In this document: one piece after another, positions 28,683-41,128 of the stretch
Numbering within the stretch: the stretch's first letter is position 1
Layout of the letters: each line of letters opens with the position of its first letter
From: an uncultured delta proteobacterium
GTDB lineage: Bacteria; Myxococcota_A; Polyangia; Polyangiales; B10-G4
Reading direction: 5' to 3'
Length of the DNA: 64,000 nucleotides
Assembly: GCA_963727445.1 (NCBI GenBank)
Contig: CAVSGI010000020.1
Location: forward strand, 160,001 to 224,000
Made by a program: the position numbers and the translations under genes
Notes under the pieces: generated by a model
What the model saw: only the letters and a program-made list of their open reading frames with translations
The model's database searches: none
What the model was told of the DNA's origin: nothing

Positions 28683-30593
28683 ATGGGAGCGCGCCGCTAC
28701 GAGGTCACCAAACGCCGCGTCTACGACGCGCCGAGGCCTTTCGTGTGGGCGCTGGTGGCGGACAGCAATCGCTGGGACCGGGCGTGTGGTCTCAAGCCGG
28801 GTCAGTACGCGTGGCGCGAGGTGGACGGAGTGTGGAGCCGCGTCGCCAAGGCGCGCGAGCTCGGCTTCGCCCTCGAGTGGATTGAGCCGCCCTATCTCTG
28901 GGTCGAGGGTCGCTTCCTCCACGGCGCGCGCACCTTCCTCGAGGGGCCCACCGACGTCGGCGGTTTCATGTGCCGGCTCGAAGACGTGGAAGGGGGCACC
29001 GAGGTAGTGGCCACGGCGTTCGTCGACGCCGGGGGTGCGACCGGGACCTTCGCCGGATTGCTCATGCGAGCGCGGTTCAAGAGCGCGCTCGACCGCTACC
29101 TCCACGCCATCGGCGAGGTGATCGCCCGCACCAACGCGGACGACGACGACGCCACCCCCGCCGTGATGTCGGCGCGTCGCGCGCTCATGGGCGGGTACGA
29201 CGCCGTGACCTCGGGCCACCGGAGCGAATGCGATGGCGCGGTCCTGTCTCGGCGCGGCGCGCTTCTGGGTGAGGCGGGCGTCTCGGAGGAGGTGGCCGAA
29301 GCGATCCTCGCGCACCTCCGCGATCGTCCCGACGAGGAGGTCTCCCAGATCCGCCCCTTCGAGCTGGCGCGGGTCTGGGGCCTCGATCGACGCGAAGTGC
29401 TCAAGGGATTCCTGCACGCGACCGTCGCGGGCCTGACCGATCTGAAGTGGCAGATCAACTGTCCGGTCTGCCGCGTCTCGGCGAGCGTCAAAGGCTCGCT
29501 CGAGGAGGTGCGCGAGACCGTGCACTGCGACGCCTGCAACATCGGCTACGACCTCGACTTCGGCAAGCACGTCGAGGCGGTCTTCCAGTCGAATCCCGCG
29601 GTGCGCGAGGTCCACGCCGCCGTCTATTGCGCGTCGAGCCCGACCTTTCTGCCGCACGTCTTCGCCCAGCTCCGGGTAGGCCCAGGGGACACGCTCGAGG
29701 AGAGGGCGGACGTGCCCGCGGGGGAGCTCCACCTGCGCACCCTCGTGGGGCGCGCGACGGCTGATTCCGATCTCTCGGGTCACGAAGGCAGCCCGTCGTT
29801 GGTGATCTCCTTCGACGGCGACCGCCTCGAGGTCGAGGCGCGTGAGGACGGCAAAGGGACGCTGGAGGTGAAGAACTCCGGCTCGCGCGAGGACACCGTG
29901 CTGGTGGAGCGCGCGGGGTGGAGCGCCGATGCGGTGCTCGGAAACATCGTCGCGTCGTTTCCCGAGTTCGTCGATCTCTTCGCTACCGAGGCGCCGGCTT
30001 CCGGGGTCGAGCTCTCCATCGGGACGCTTTCGCTCCTCTTCTCCGACCTCACCGGTTCGACGGCGCTCTACGAGCGGATCGGTGACGCGAAGGCCTTCGC
30101 GCTAGTGGAGGAGCACTTCGAGCTGATGGATTCGATCGTGCGTCGCCACGGAGGCGCGCTGGTGAAGACGATGGGGGACGCGGTGATGGCGTCCTTCTCT
30201 TCGGCGGTCGGCGCGGTGAACGCGGCCCTGGAGATGGTGAAGGCGAACGACGAGCGCTTCGGAGAGCACGGCTTGGCCGTCCGCATCGGCGTCCACGAGG
30301 GGCCATGTCTCGCCGTGCGCGCCAACGATCGCCTCGACTTCTTCGGCACGACGGTGAACGTCGCCGCGCGCCTCGAGGGAAAAGCGAAGCCGGGGCACGT
30401 CGTGTTGACGGAGGAGATGGCGGCGCGTCCGAGCATCGGTGAGCTCATCGCGCCCCACCCGCGCGTGCCCTTCGACGCGGACCTCAAGGGGATCAGCGCG
30501 ACGCAGCGGCTCGTGATGATCGCGGCGCGCGGAGAGCGCGAGGCGCAGGAGGAAGAGAGCGCCTCCAACCGCTCGGCGGCGCGCTCGTCCTAG
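28683..30593 (+). CDS. Class III adenylate/guanylate cyclase with SRPBCC-like N-terminus and DUF5939-like zinc-ribbon domain
   Basis: LLFSDLTGST, VKTMGDAVMA, DFFGTTVNVAARL; CPVC...CDAC. Confidence 0.9.
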   Translation: MGARRYEVTKRRVYDAPRPFVWALVADSNRWDRACGLKPGQYAWREVDGVWSRVAKARELGFALEWIEPPYLWVEGRFLHGARTFLEGPTDVGGFMCRLEDVEGGTEVVATAFVDAGGATGTFAGLLMRARFKSALDRYLHAIGEVIARTNADDDDATPAVMSARRALMGGYDAVTSGHRSECDGAVLSRRGALLGEAGVSEEVAEAILAHLRDRPDEEVSQIRPFELARVWGLDRREVLKGFLHATVAGLTDLKWQINCPVCRVSASVKGSLEEVRETVHCDACNIGYDLDFGKHVEAVFQSNPAVREVHAAVYCASSPTFLPHVFAQLRVGPGDTLEERADVPAGELHLRTLVGRATADSDLSGHEGSPSLVISFDGDRLEVEAREDGKGTLEVKNSGSREDTVLVERAGWSADAVLGNIVASFPEFVDLFATEAPASGVELSIGTLSLLFSDLTGSTALYERIGDAKAFALVEEHFELMDSIVRRHGGALVKTMGDAVMASFSSAVGAVNAALEMVKANDERFGEHGLAVRIGVHEGPCLAVRANDRLDFFGTTVNVAARLEGKAKPGHVVLTEEMAARPSIGELIAPHPRVPFDADLKGISATQRLVMIAARGEREAQEEESASNRSAARSS

Positions 30594-30649
30594 TGCGATG
30601 CCATCGCTCGGCGGGCCTCCGAAGACCTCGCCGAGCGCGGCCGTCGCTT

Positions 30650-31861
30650 CTACATGCTGACGCCGGCGCTGGCGCTGGTGCTCACCGAGAGCGCGCCATC
30701 CGCGCTGGAGGAGACCTCGGCGGAGGCCTGGACCTGTACGTCCACGGCGGCGGTCATGCAGGCCGACGCTTCGAGACCGGCTTCGAGGGCGGCGCCCGCG
30801 GCGCTGGTCAGGCGGTCGGCGATTCGAATTCCGGCGTTGGCGACGACCGCAGACTTCTGAAGGACGTTGAGCAGGGTGGGCAGGTTCTCGCTCAGGGTCG
30901 CCGCGAGCGCGTCGATCATGGCCACCGCGTCTGCGGAACCGGTGAAGACGACGATGACCTGGGGATCGGTGCACTCGGCCTCCGCCGCCAGCTGCGTCTC
31001 ACAGGCCGCCTTGCAGTCGGCGTTGGCCATGATGTCGACGTCGCCGCCGTCGCAGTGCGGCTCCATGAACTCGACGCTGCACTCACCGGTGCAGGTGCCG
31101 TCGCACGTGGCCATCACGTCACTGGTGCAGCTGCCGTTGCACATCCCCGAGCAGCTGCCCGTGCAGCTACCTTCGATGTCGCCCATGCACTGGCCGCGGC
31201 ACGTTCCGTCGCAGTTGCCCATGCAGTTTCCGTCGCCGTCCATTGCGTCGCAGGTCCCCTCGCAACGACCGGCGCAGGTGCCAGTGCAGGTGCCCTCGAC
31301 GCGGGCGTCGCAGGTGCCGGTGCAGGTGCCGTTGCAGGTCGCGTCGCAAGCGACCATGCCCTCGACGGTGCAGGTGCCGCTGCAGTCTGCCGTGCAGGTG
31401 CCGCTCAGCATGCCGCCCATGCACGTCGGCGGCGTCGCCGTCGCGTCGAAGTCCGCATCACAGTCCGCGGCGCACATCGCCGAGGCGGTCAGGTCGATGC
31501 TGCACTCGGCCGGGATGATGTCGATGGCGATGGTCGCCATGGCGTTTGCGGAGAAGACGGCGTCGATGGCGGCCGAGGCGTTGGCGCAGGCGGTGTCGAC
31601 GTCGGTGCCCATCTCCGCTCCGAGGTCGGTCGCGATGGCGTTGCAGGCCCGGAGCGTGTCCGCCTGGATCTCGTTCGCGGCGATGTTCAGCTGGGCGGTC
31701 GCTTCGAGCAGCGCATCTACCTCGGCGCCGTCGAAGTTGGCGTCGAAGCTGCTGTTGAAGTCGAGCCCGCACTCGGTGGAGCCGAGTGGGCCGTCCGTGC
31801 CGCAGCTGGTGAGAAGGAAGGCGACGAGTGAAATCGAAGCGAGGCGTAGAAAGGTCTTCAT
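30650..31861 (-). CDS. Cys-rich myxobacterial lipoprotein (CxGxC repeats)
   Basis: FLLTSC lipobox; long run of CxGxCxGxC motifs between Ala-rich helical regions. Confidence 0.88.
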   Translation of the reverse strand: MKTFLRLASISLVAFLLTSCGTDGPLGSTECGLDFNSSFDANFDGAEVDALLEATAQLNIAANEIQADTLRACNAIATDLGAEMGTDVDTACANASAAIDAVFSANAMATIAIDIIPAECSIDLTASAMCAADCDADFDATATPPTCMGGMLSGTCTADCSGTCTVEGMVACDATCNGTCTGTCDARVEGTCTGTCAGRCEGTCDAMDGDGNCMGNCDGTCRGQCMGDIEGSCTGSCSGMCNGSCTSDVMATCDGTCTGECSVEFMEPHCDGGDVDIMANADCKAACETQLAAEAECTDPQVIVVFTGSADAVAMIDALAATLSENLPTLLNVLQKSAVVANAGIRIADRLTSAAGAALEAGLEASACMTAAVDVQVQASAEVSSSADGALSVSTSASAGVSM

Positions 31862-31926
31862 GGGCAGGATGATATCGGATCCGCCCGACGCGCGAGACCC
31901 CCCGCGACAACCCTTTGGATTCGTTA

Positions 31927-32268
31927 TCAGTCCGCTTGGGCCGCTTCGCGCCCCAGCGCCTGGTCCACGATCGGTGTCAGCTCGCCCGACATGTACATGT
32001 CCCGGACGATGTCGCAGCCGCCCACGAACTGCCCCTTCACGTAGAGTTGGGGGATGGTCGGCCAGTTGGCGAACTCCTTGATGCCCTGACGGATCGCCGG
32101 GTCCTCGAGAACGTTCACGTGATGGAAGTCGGCGTCCATCCGCTTCATCACTTCGACCACCGTGGCGGAGAAGCCGCACTGCGGGAAGTTCTTGGTGCCC
32201 TTCATGAAGAGCACGATCGGATGCTCGTCGATGATGCCCTGGATGCGTGACTTGAGCGCGTCGTCCAT
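31927..32268 (-). CDS. grxD: Monothiol glutaredoxin
   Basis: PQCGFS, WPTIPQLY, GGCDI; AAGGA RBS. Confidence 0.96.
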   Translation of the reverse strand: MDDALKSRIQGIIDEHPIVLFMKGTKNFPQCGFSATVVEVMKRMDADFHHVNVLEDPAIRQGIKEFANWPTIPQLYVKGQFVGGCDIVRDMYMSGELTPIVDQALGREAAQAD

Positions 32269-32322
32269 CTCGTTCCTTTCAGACTCGATGCCGTTCAGTT
32301 GCGTCGGCGTGACTGAGCGGCA

Positions 32323-32586
32323 TCACAGGAGGCTCTTGCCTCGCTTGCTCCACGCGTCCGGCGTGAAAGTGGAGAGCGCGAGGGCGTGTACGGGCCCGGC
32401 CATGAGATCGCCGAGCGCCCGGTAGACCATCTGATGCTGTTGAACCCGCGTCTTGCCTTCGAAGGCGGAGGCGACGACCACGGCCTGATAGTGATCCTTG
32501 CCGCCCGTGAGATCCTCGAGCGAGAAATGCTCGACTCCGGGGATGTGCTCCTTGACCAGGGCTTCGATGACGTTGGGCTCGACCAT
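32323..32586 (-). CDS. BolA family protein
   Basis: DHYQAVVV..AFEGKTRVQQHQMVY...VHAL; adjacent to grxD. Confidence 0.95.
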   Translation of the reverse strand: MVEPNVIEALVKEHIPGVEHFSLEDLTGGKDHYQAVVVASAFEGKTRVQQHQMVYRALGDLMAGPVHALALSTFTPDAWSKRGKSLL

Positions 32587-32618
32587 GAGGGGCGTTCTTA
32601 GCAGTCTCTGACAGGCGT

Positions 32619-33560
32619 CTAAAGCCGGCGTTCGTCCGTGTCAACGGCGAGGGGCAGAGCGCGGGCCTGAGCCTCGACCCTTCGCCGCCCCGCCTCCCGG
32701 CGAAGTGCGACGTTGCCGAGCTGACCGCAGGCCGCCATGGTCCCGCGGCCCTTGGTGATCCGGCGCCGCACCCGGAGCCCTTCGTCGCGGAGCCAGCCCA
32801 CGAAGCGGACGACCTCCGATTCCTCGGGTGCGCGGGTGAGGGGCGCACCCCCAGGGTTGTAGGGGATGACGCTCACGAGCACTCGGCCGAGGGGCGCACA
32901 GAAGCGCGCGACGTCCCGGGCGTCCCCTCGCGAATCGTTGAGCTCCGGCATCAGGCAGTAGTTCACGCCGAGCTGGAAGTTGTCACGCTGGCGATAGTCG
33001 GCGAGCGCCGCTTGGAGCTCGGCCAGGGGCGTCTTGCGATTGACCGGCATCAGCTGGCTCCGGAGCGCGTCGTTCGCGGCGTTCAGGCTCACCGACAGGT
33101 TCAGGCGCTTCATGCCGAGGGAGCGCAGATGGCGAATGCCGTCGACCACGCCCACCGTGCACACCGTGATGTGATCGTGGCGCATGGCGAGCCCGCCGGG
33201 ATCCGTCAGCGTGCGCAGCGCCTCGGCCGTGATCTCGGGTCGGTCGAGGGGCTCGCCCATCCCCATGAAGACGATGCGCTCGAAGGCGAGGCCCAGCGTG
33301 CGGCGCGCGACGTCGAGCTGCGAGAGGATCTCCTCGCTGCTCATCGGCCGGAGCAGGCCGAGGCGTGCGGTCTCGCAGAACGCACAACCCATCTTGCACC
33401 CCACCTGACACGAGATGCAGAGCGTGTGGCGCCCGCGGCCCATGGGGATGTGCACCAGCTCGGCTTCGAGCCCGTCCGCGAGACGGAAGGACGCCTTCGT
33501 GGTGATCCCAGTCGCTCCCACCTCGCGGGCAACCCGAACGACCCCCGGCAAAGCTCCCAT
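32619..33560 (-). CDS. rlmN: RlmN-like class A radical SAM RNA methyltransferase with short N-terminus
   Basis: CISCQVGCKMGCAFC, FMGMGEP, AACGQL. Start is ATG33560 or the duplicated ATG33599. Confidence 0.8.
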   Translation of the reverse strand: MGALPGVVRVAREVGATGITTKASFRLADGLEAELVHIPMGRGRHTLCISCQVGCKMGCAFCETARLGLLRPMSSEEILSQLDVARRTLGLAFERIVFMGMGEPLDRPEITAEALRTLTDPGGLAMRHDHITVCTVGVVDGIRHLRSLGMKRLNLSVSLNAANDALRSQLMPVNRKTPLAELQAALADYRQRDNFQLGVNYCLMPELNDSRGDARDVARFCAPLGRVLVSVIPYNPGGAPLTRAPEESEVVRFVGWLRDEGLRVRRRITKGRGTMAACGQLGNVALRREAGRRRVEAQARALPLAVDTDERRL

Positions 33561-33730
33561 CGGGGACGGTCTACACTTTTCAACTTTCGTCGCTCCCATC
33601 GGGGACGGTCTACACTTTTCAACTTTCGTCGAGATGCAAGCAGAACGGGGACGGAAAGTTGAAAAGTGTAGACCGTCCCCGAATCGGCTGGGGAAAGTTG
33701 AAAAGTGTAGACCGTCCCCGAATCAGCTCA
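33553..33730. repeat. REPIN/BIME-like element: two direct plus two inverted copies of a 29-bp core
   Basis: TCGGGGACGGTCTACACTTTTCAACTTTC at 33560-33588 and 33599-33627; reverse complement at 33654-33682 and 33693-33721; 39-bp period on both arms. Confidence 0.95.
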
Positions 33731-34985
33731 TGCGGATCGCTTTGAGGCGGCGATTGACGTCGCGGGCGAGGACGAGCTCCTGGTCGCGGGGTAGGGCGGT
33801 GGTGGCGCTGAAGAGCGCGAAGGCGACGAGCTCGTGAAGGGCTTGGTGCAGGGCCTCGAGGGGGTGCTCGGCCTGGATGTTGTCGAGGGCGTTGACCACC
33901 AGCTCGACCTCGATCGCCCCATCCTCGGCGACCTCCGAGCCGAAATAGGGCGCGTAGCCGCTGCCCTGGATCCACGCCGAGAGCGTCTTGCGCGTGCGGT
34001 CGATGCCGCCGTAGGTGGCCACCGCCATGAAGATGTCGCGGAGCACCGAGTTGAAGGCGCGCACCAGCGCACGCACGTCGTCGGGATCCACCGTCGCGCC
34101 CTGGTGCAGCTCGATCTGCTTCGCTTGAATCAGGTGGTAGATCGACTTCGTCGTCAGGAACTCGCCGAGGGCCGTCTCGCGCGCGATGTCCTCGATGGTC
34201 CGCGCACCGTCGCAGAACTCGAGGACCTTCTTCGCGTTGTCGTCGAGGTCGCGCTCCGGCCGATCCGATTTCAGCTTCGGCGCCATCTTCGAGTTCGGCA
34301 CGCGCTCGCGGAAGAGCGCCATTTCGTCGATGCGCTGGACTCCCTCCATGAGCAGTCCCTGCACCGGGATGTGCACCGTCAGCGACGCTGGCTGCGCGGA
34401 CTCGTCCACCGTGCAGAACGAGTAGATCCCGTCGTCGACCAGAAGCATCCCGTAGACGATCTGCTCGACCTGTTTCTGCAGGACGCTGAAGAGCTGCTCC
34501 TGATCGAGGATCTCCCGCTCGACCACCAGCTCTCCCAGCCGCTTGTCGAAGCTCATCTCCGACAGGAGCTCGTCGAGGGTCTCCCGGCTCACGATCCCCT
34601 GCACGTAGAGCACCTCGCCCAGCAAGTCGTCCTGATGATCGCTGGTGGCGTGCTTGATGATCCCCGACTCGAGAAGCATCGACCGCGTGGTCCCATCGGC
34701 GGCCTCGACCTTGAGGTCGCCCACCCAACCGGCGCTCGCGATGACGTTGATCACCTCGAGCATGGTCATCTTGTTGAGGATCTCGCCGACCATCCGCATG
34801 CGCGGCGTCCCCGCCGGCATCGTCTCGTCCTCGCCGAGCACTCGACGAAAGACCAGCGCGCCCGCGGTGTCGACCACCAGCTGGTAGGTCCCCGCTCGCG
34901 AGCGAAGGGTCCGCTCGACCCCCCGCGTGGTCGGACGCACCAATCCGTCCGGGCGGATTACGATGCGGTCGGAGACGTCACCCAC
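33723..34985 (-). CDS. DUF4388/PatA-N-like domain protein
   Basis: MVGEI...LEVINVI...GDLKV...LLGEVL...LLMEGVQRIDE pattern; start at GTG34985 is approximate. Confidence 0.8.
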   Translation of the reverse strand: MGDVSDRIVIRPDGLVRPTTRGVERTLRSRAGTYQLVVDTAGALVFRRVLGEDETMPAGTPRMRMVGEILNKMTMLEVINVIASAGWVGDLKVEAADGTTRSMLLESGIIKHATSDHQDDLLGEVLYVQGIVSRETLDELLSEMSFDKRLGELVVEREILDQEQLFSVLQKQVEQIVYGMLLVDDGIYSFCTVDESAQPASLTVHIPVQGLLMEGVQRIDEMALFRERVPNSKMAPKLKSDRPERDLDDNAKKVLEFCDGARTIEDIARETALGEFLTTKSIYHLIQAKQIELHQGATVDPDDVRALVRAFNSVLRDIFMAVATYGGIDRTRKTLSAWIQGSGYAPYFGSEVAEDGAIEVELVVNALDNIQAEHPLEALHQALHELVAFALFSATTALPRDQELVLARDVNRRLKAIRMS

Positions 34986-34998
34986 GGCCGCGATCCTA

Positions 34999-35670
34999 AT
35001 GCAGAGCGCCTCCGCATGGTACAAAGCGGCGGTGTCGACGCAGATCAGCAGGTCCGAGCAGGGGTCAGAGCCCGCCCAGAAGCCGGGTCCCGAGCAGCTG
35101 CAGCCAAATGGAGAGCGCTGGGACATGCGCGCCATCTACCGGGCCACCAACGCCCAGCGCCGACAGATCATGCAAAACGGGGTCATGCCGGACCTCGAGG
35201 GGCTGACCGGCTGGGAATTCGCGGGGACCAACACCGGCCCCTGGGCCGCCCTCATCTTCAACCGGAAGTTCAAGAAGGGCTTCTTCCAGGGCCGAGACCG
35301 CCATCCGGGCGGCCCGAGCCCGTTCATCCAGGGCTACAACATCCCCGTGAAGCAGAACGGGGTGGGCAAGCCACATGTGGCCAAGCCCACAGACGAGGCG
35401 CCCAAGCGCTTCGGCTTCTACCGGGTCCACCCCACCGTCTCGGGCGCGAAGGATTCGCTCTACGAAAACGCTGCCCTCCTCGACTACAGCCTCGGCGGCA
35501 ACCCCTGGTACGACCCGAGCCGGCTCTTGCGTGACTACCTGGTCCAGGTATACCCCGACGACCCCGATCTGCTGCTGGGCCACGCCATGGGCGCCGTGCT
35601 GGGCCTCAGGATCACGGTCAGCTTCTTCATCCTCGAGCGGATGAACCGACACGACTTCACAGGAGAGTGA
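34999..35670 (+). CDS. Hypothetical protein
   Basis: Coding-like codon bias, stop 1 bp before fabD start; start uncertain. Confidence 0.75.
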   Translation: MQSASAWYKAAVSTQISRSEQGSEPAQKPGPEQLQPNGERWDMRAIYRATNAQRRQIMQNGVMPDLEGLTGWEFAGTNTGPWAALIFNRKFKKGFFQGRDRHPGGPSPFIQGYNIPVKQNGVGKPHVAKPTDEAPKRFGFYRVHPTVSGAKDSLYENAALLDYSLGGNPWYDPSRLLRDYLVQVYPDDPDLLLGHAMGAVLGLRITVSFFILERMNRHDFTGE

Positions 35671-35671
35671 G

Positions 35672-36598
35672 ATGAAGGTCGCCTTCGTTTTCCCTGGCCA
35701 GGGCTCGCAGCAGGTCGGGATGGGCAAAGCCGCTTGCGATGCGTCGCCCGACGCCAAGGCGGTCTTCGACGCCGCCGACGAAGCCCTGGGCGAGTCGCTC
35801 TCGAGCCTCTGCTGGGAGGGCCCCGAGGAGCAGCTCAAGCTCACGGCGAACACCCAACCCGCCATCCTGACGGCGTCGGTCGCTCTCCTCCGCGCCCTCG
35901 GCGAGACCCCCGACGTGACCGCCGGCCACAGCCTGGGCGAGTACAGCGCCAACGTCTGCGCCGGCACCGTCGACTTTCCGGATGCCGTGCGGCTGGTCCG
36001 GGTGCGCGGCCAGTACATGCAGGACGCGGTGCCGGTGGGCGTCGGGGCGATGGCCGCGGCGCTGCGCATCGACGCCGAGGTCGTCGAGAAGATCTGCCAG
36101 CAGACCGACGGTGTCGTGGAGGCGGTGAACTACAACTCGCCGGGCCAGGTCGTGATCGCCGGCGAAAAGGCTGCCGTGGATCGCGCGGTGGAGGCCATCA
36201 AAGCCGCCAAGGGTCGGGCGATGCCGCTGCCGGTCAGCGCCCCTTTCCACTCGAGCCTCATGAAGCCCGCGGAGGAGCGTCTCGCGCCGCACCTGTCGGA
36301 GATTGCCTTCCGCGATCCTTCCATCCCGGTCTACGTCAACGTCGACGCCGCCCCGGTCACCACCGGCAATGCTGCTCGCGGCGCCCTCTTGCGCCAGGTG
36401 GCGCGCCCGGTCCGCTGGCAACAGAGCATCGAGAAGATGATCGCAGACGGCGTGACCCTCTTCGTCGAGATCGGCCCCGGCCGCGTCCTGACCGGTCTGA
36501 TCGGTCGAATTTCGAAGGAAGTCGGCAAGATCAGTGTGCAAGGACCGGACGATATCGACGCTGCCAAGAGCGCGATCGCCGAAGCCCGCAGCGCCTGA
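35672..36598 (+). CDS. fabD: Malonyl-CoA:ACP transacylase
   Basis: FPGQGSQ, TQPAIL, GHSLGEY, VSAPFHS, EIGPG. Confidence 0.97.
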   Translation: MKVAFVFPGQGSQQVGMGKAACDASPDAKAVFDAADEALGESLSSLCWEGPEEQLKLTANTQPAILTASVALLRALGETPDVTAGHSLGEYSANVCAGTVDFPDAVRLVRVRGQYMQDAVPVGVGAMAAALRIDAEVVEKICQQTDGVVEAVNYNSPGQVVIAGEKAAVDRAVEAIKAAKGRAMPLPVSAPFHSSLMKPAEERLAPHLSEIAFRDPSIPVYVNVDAAPVTTGNAARGALLRQVARPVRWQQSIEKMIADGVTLFVEIGPGRVLTGLIGRISKEVGKISVQGPDDIDAAKSAIAEARSA

Positions 36599-36708
36599 AG
36601 CAGATAACAGGCCGTTTACAGACTTGGCGGTTGACGGAAGGCGTCAATCGGCTAGAAAGCGCGCGCCCTCGCGCGGGTTTGCCGACGCGAGGCGGAGGAC
36701 CGATTTCG

Positions 36709-38862
<2,154 letters not shown>

Positions 38863-38872
38863 AGAGCGCCCG

Positions 38873-39532
38873 GTGAGCCACGGGGTCGAGATCATCGACA
38901 TCTCGGCGCTGCCCTGGCAGCCGAGCCCGACCCCGACTGTTCATCGAAAGCGCCTCTACCACGCCGGCCCACCCGAGGCCGGCGTGGTCACTTCCATCGT
39001 CAGGTACGACGCGGGGTCGACGTTCCCCCGGCACGACCATCCCGGGGGCGAGGAGATCTTCGTCCTCGATGGCGTCTTCGAAGACGAGCATGGGCGTTAC
39101 CCTCCCGGCACCTACCTCTTCAACCCGGAAGGCTTCTCCCACGCGCCCTTCAGTCGCGAAGGGTGCGAGATCTTCGTGCGCCTTCGCCAGTCTCCCGGTC
39201 CGCGGCAGAAGGTGATGATCGACACCCAGATGATGACCTGGGACATCGGATCGAAGCTGGGCGTCGAGGTGCTGCCGCTCTATCGCGAATCAGGCTACCC
39301 GGAGGAGGTTCACCTGACGCGCTTGAGGCCCGGCGTCGAGGTCGGCCCGGTGACGTTTCCGAACGGCGAGGAGATCTTCGTCGTCGAGGGGACCCTCGTC
39401 GACGAGTATGGCACGCACGACGAGGACACCTTCCTCCGCTTCCCGCCCGGCAGCACCCACACGCCGACCAGCCCTCACGGCGCGGTGCTCTTCGTCAAGA
39501 AGGGTCACCTCCCCCTGCCGACCGCGGGCTGA
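38873..39532 (+). CDS. ChrR-like tandem cupin protein
   Basis: [17 protein letters not shown]...HAPFS..GC..FV and a second EEIFVVEG repeat. Confidence 0.9.
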   Translation: MSHGVEIIDISALPWQPSPTPTVHRKRLYHAGPPEAGVVTSIVRYDAGSTFPRHDHPGGEEIFVLDGVFEDEHGRYPPGTYLFNPEGFSHAPFSREGCEIFVRLRQSPGPRQKVMIDTQMMTWDIGSKLGVEVLPLYRESGYPEEVHLTRLRPGVEVGPVTFPNGEEIFVVEGTLVDEYGTHDEDTFLRFPPGSTHTPTSPHGAVLFVKKGHLPLPTAG

Positions 39533-39582
39533 GCCTGCTGCGCGCTTCCCGCTCCAGATTGCCGCGTGTACGATAAAGCGCG

Positions 39583-41103
39583 TTGTCCCGCGCTCGGCTG
39601 ATCCTTCACGTCTTTGTTTCGTCGTTCGTCGTGGCCGCTGCCGCGTGCACTGCGGATCCGGTCGAGCTATTCGTCGACGTCCGTACGGCGCTGACCCCCG
39701 GCACCGATTTCGATCAGGTTCTCACCGAGCTTCTCGAGGACGAAGCGCGACCGCCCGTACGCAGCACGCGAACCTCGGTGAGCGCGGTCGACGACTTCGC
39801 CTCCGGCCACCGGGTGGCGGAGCTCTCCGAGGTCGCGCAGGGCGCCTACGTCATCCGGGTGACGGCGCTCCTCGGCGACGCGCCCGTCGTCAGTCGGCGA
39901 CTCTTCGTTCAGCTCGATTCGGCGCGCGCGGTGACCGTCGACCTCGACGAGACGACACCCACGCCGGACGGCGGCGTCGACGCCGCACCCGACGGTGCGC
40001 CCGACGGCTCGCCCGACGCCGCTGGCGCTCTGAGGCTCGAGCCCGTTGCAGCGATGAACGTCAACTCGCACACGACTCTGCGCGCGTCGGGAGGCGTTCC
40101 GCCCTACGCCTTCAGCATCGTCTCCGACGGCGGCCGGGTCAATCCCGACACCGGCGACCTGACGACGATGAACTACGGCGGCGAGATGACCGTCCGCGTG
40201 ACCGACACCGAGGCAACCACCGCCGACCAGACCATCACCGTGGGCGGCACGAGCCTCTTCGCCATCGGCGGGTGGGGAGGCGAGACCAACGACCACGTCT
40301 CACAGACGGTCGACGGAAGCGCATGGACCCGAAACGCACTGCCCGCGCCTCGCGGGGAGATCGTGACCATCGTCTTCGACGACGCCATCTACGTCGTGGG
40401 CGGCTGGATGAGCGGCATGGGAAACGTCGACTCCGTCTTGCGGAGCGAGTCCGGTCTGACGGGGAGCTGGAGCGTCTCCGGCTACCTCCCTTCGCCGCGC
40501 GGCTGGGGAAGTGCGGTCGTTTTCGAAGACCGGATCATCTACGCCGGCGGGCGCAGCCCCTCGGCCACCCAGAACAACGACGTCTTCGCCAGCCCGGACG
40601 GAAACACCTGGACGAAGATCGGCGAGCTCCCCGAGGCGAGCACCTGGGGCGGGCTCGCGGTCTTTCGCGGAGAGCTCTTCTACCTGGGCGGAAACCGTTC
40701 GGGGGGTCCGAGCGACGAGATCTTCTCCAGCCCGGACGGCGCGACCTGGAGCACCGAGACTGGGCATCTGCCGCTAGCGCTCGCCGGCGGCGCCATCGTC
40801 GTCTTCGACGACCAGCTCTGGTACCTCGGCGGCGAAAAGGGCGAGGGGGGACTCAACGACCACATCCTGAGGAGCGACAACGGCGTCGATTGGTCCGATA
40901 CCGGCGCCTTTGTCCCGAGCCCCTTCGAGAACGCCGCGGTCGCGGTTCACGAGGGTGAGATCTGGCTCGTCGGCGGCAACGACGGCGGGTATCGACCCGA
41001 CACCTATCACAGCCCCGACGGACTGACGTGGACGCGTGCAGCGGACCTGCCGGTCAGCGTCGACCGCCTCGGCGCGGTGTCTTTCACCGCGCGCACGCCC
41101 TGA
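39583..41103 (+). CDS. Kelch-like beta-propeller lipoprotein
   Basis: AAAAC lipobox, ASGGVPPYAFS Ig-like segment, repeated IYVVGG/LFYLGG...SPDGxTW blades. Confidence 0.85.
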   Translation: MSRARLILHVFVSSFVVAAAACTADPVELFVDVRTALTPGTDFDQVLTELLEDEARPPVRSTRTSVSAVDDFASGHRVAELSEVAQGAYVIRVTALLGDAPVVSRRLFVQLDSARAVTVDLDETTPTPDGGVDAAPDGAPDGSPDAAGALRLEPVAAMNVNSHTTLRASGGVPPYAFSIVSDGGRVNPDTGDLTTMNYGGEMTVRVTDTEATTADQTITVGGTSLFAIGGWGGETNDHVSQTVDGSAWTRNALPAPRGEIVTIVFDDAIYVVGGWMSGMGNVDSVLRSESGLTGSWSVSGYLPSPRGWGSAVVFEDRIIYAGGRSPSATQNNDVFASPDGNTWTKIGELPEASTWGGLAVFRGELFYLGGNRSGGPSDEIFSSPDGATWSTETGHLPLALAGGAIVVFDDQLWYLGGEKGEGGLNDHILRSDNGVDWSDTGAFVPSPFENAAVAVHEGEIWLVGGNDGGYRPDTYHSPDGLTWTRAADLPVSVDRLGAVSFTARTP

Positions 41104-41128
41104 ACCTCGTGCGAGACGCGGCGTCGCC

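Noticed and set aside
33553..33730. CRISPR array or simple intrinsic terminator
   Set aside because: Copies are in both orientations with 10-bp gaps; the element lies between co-directional genes, has four copies and lacks a U-tract after the stem.
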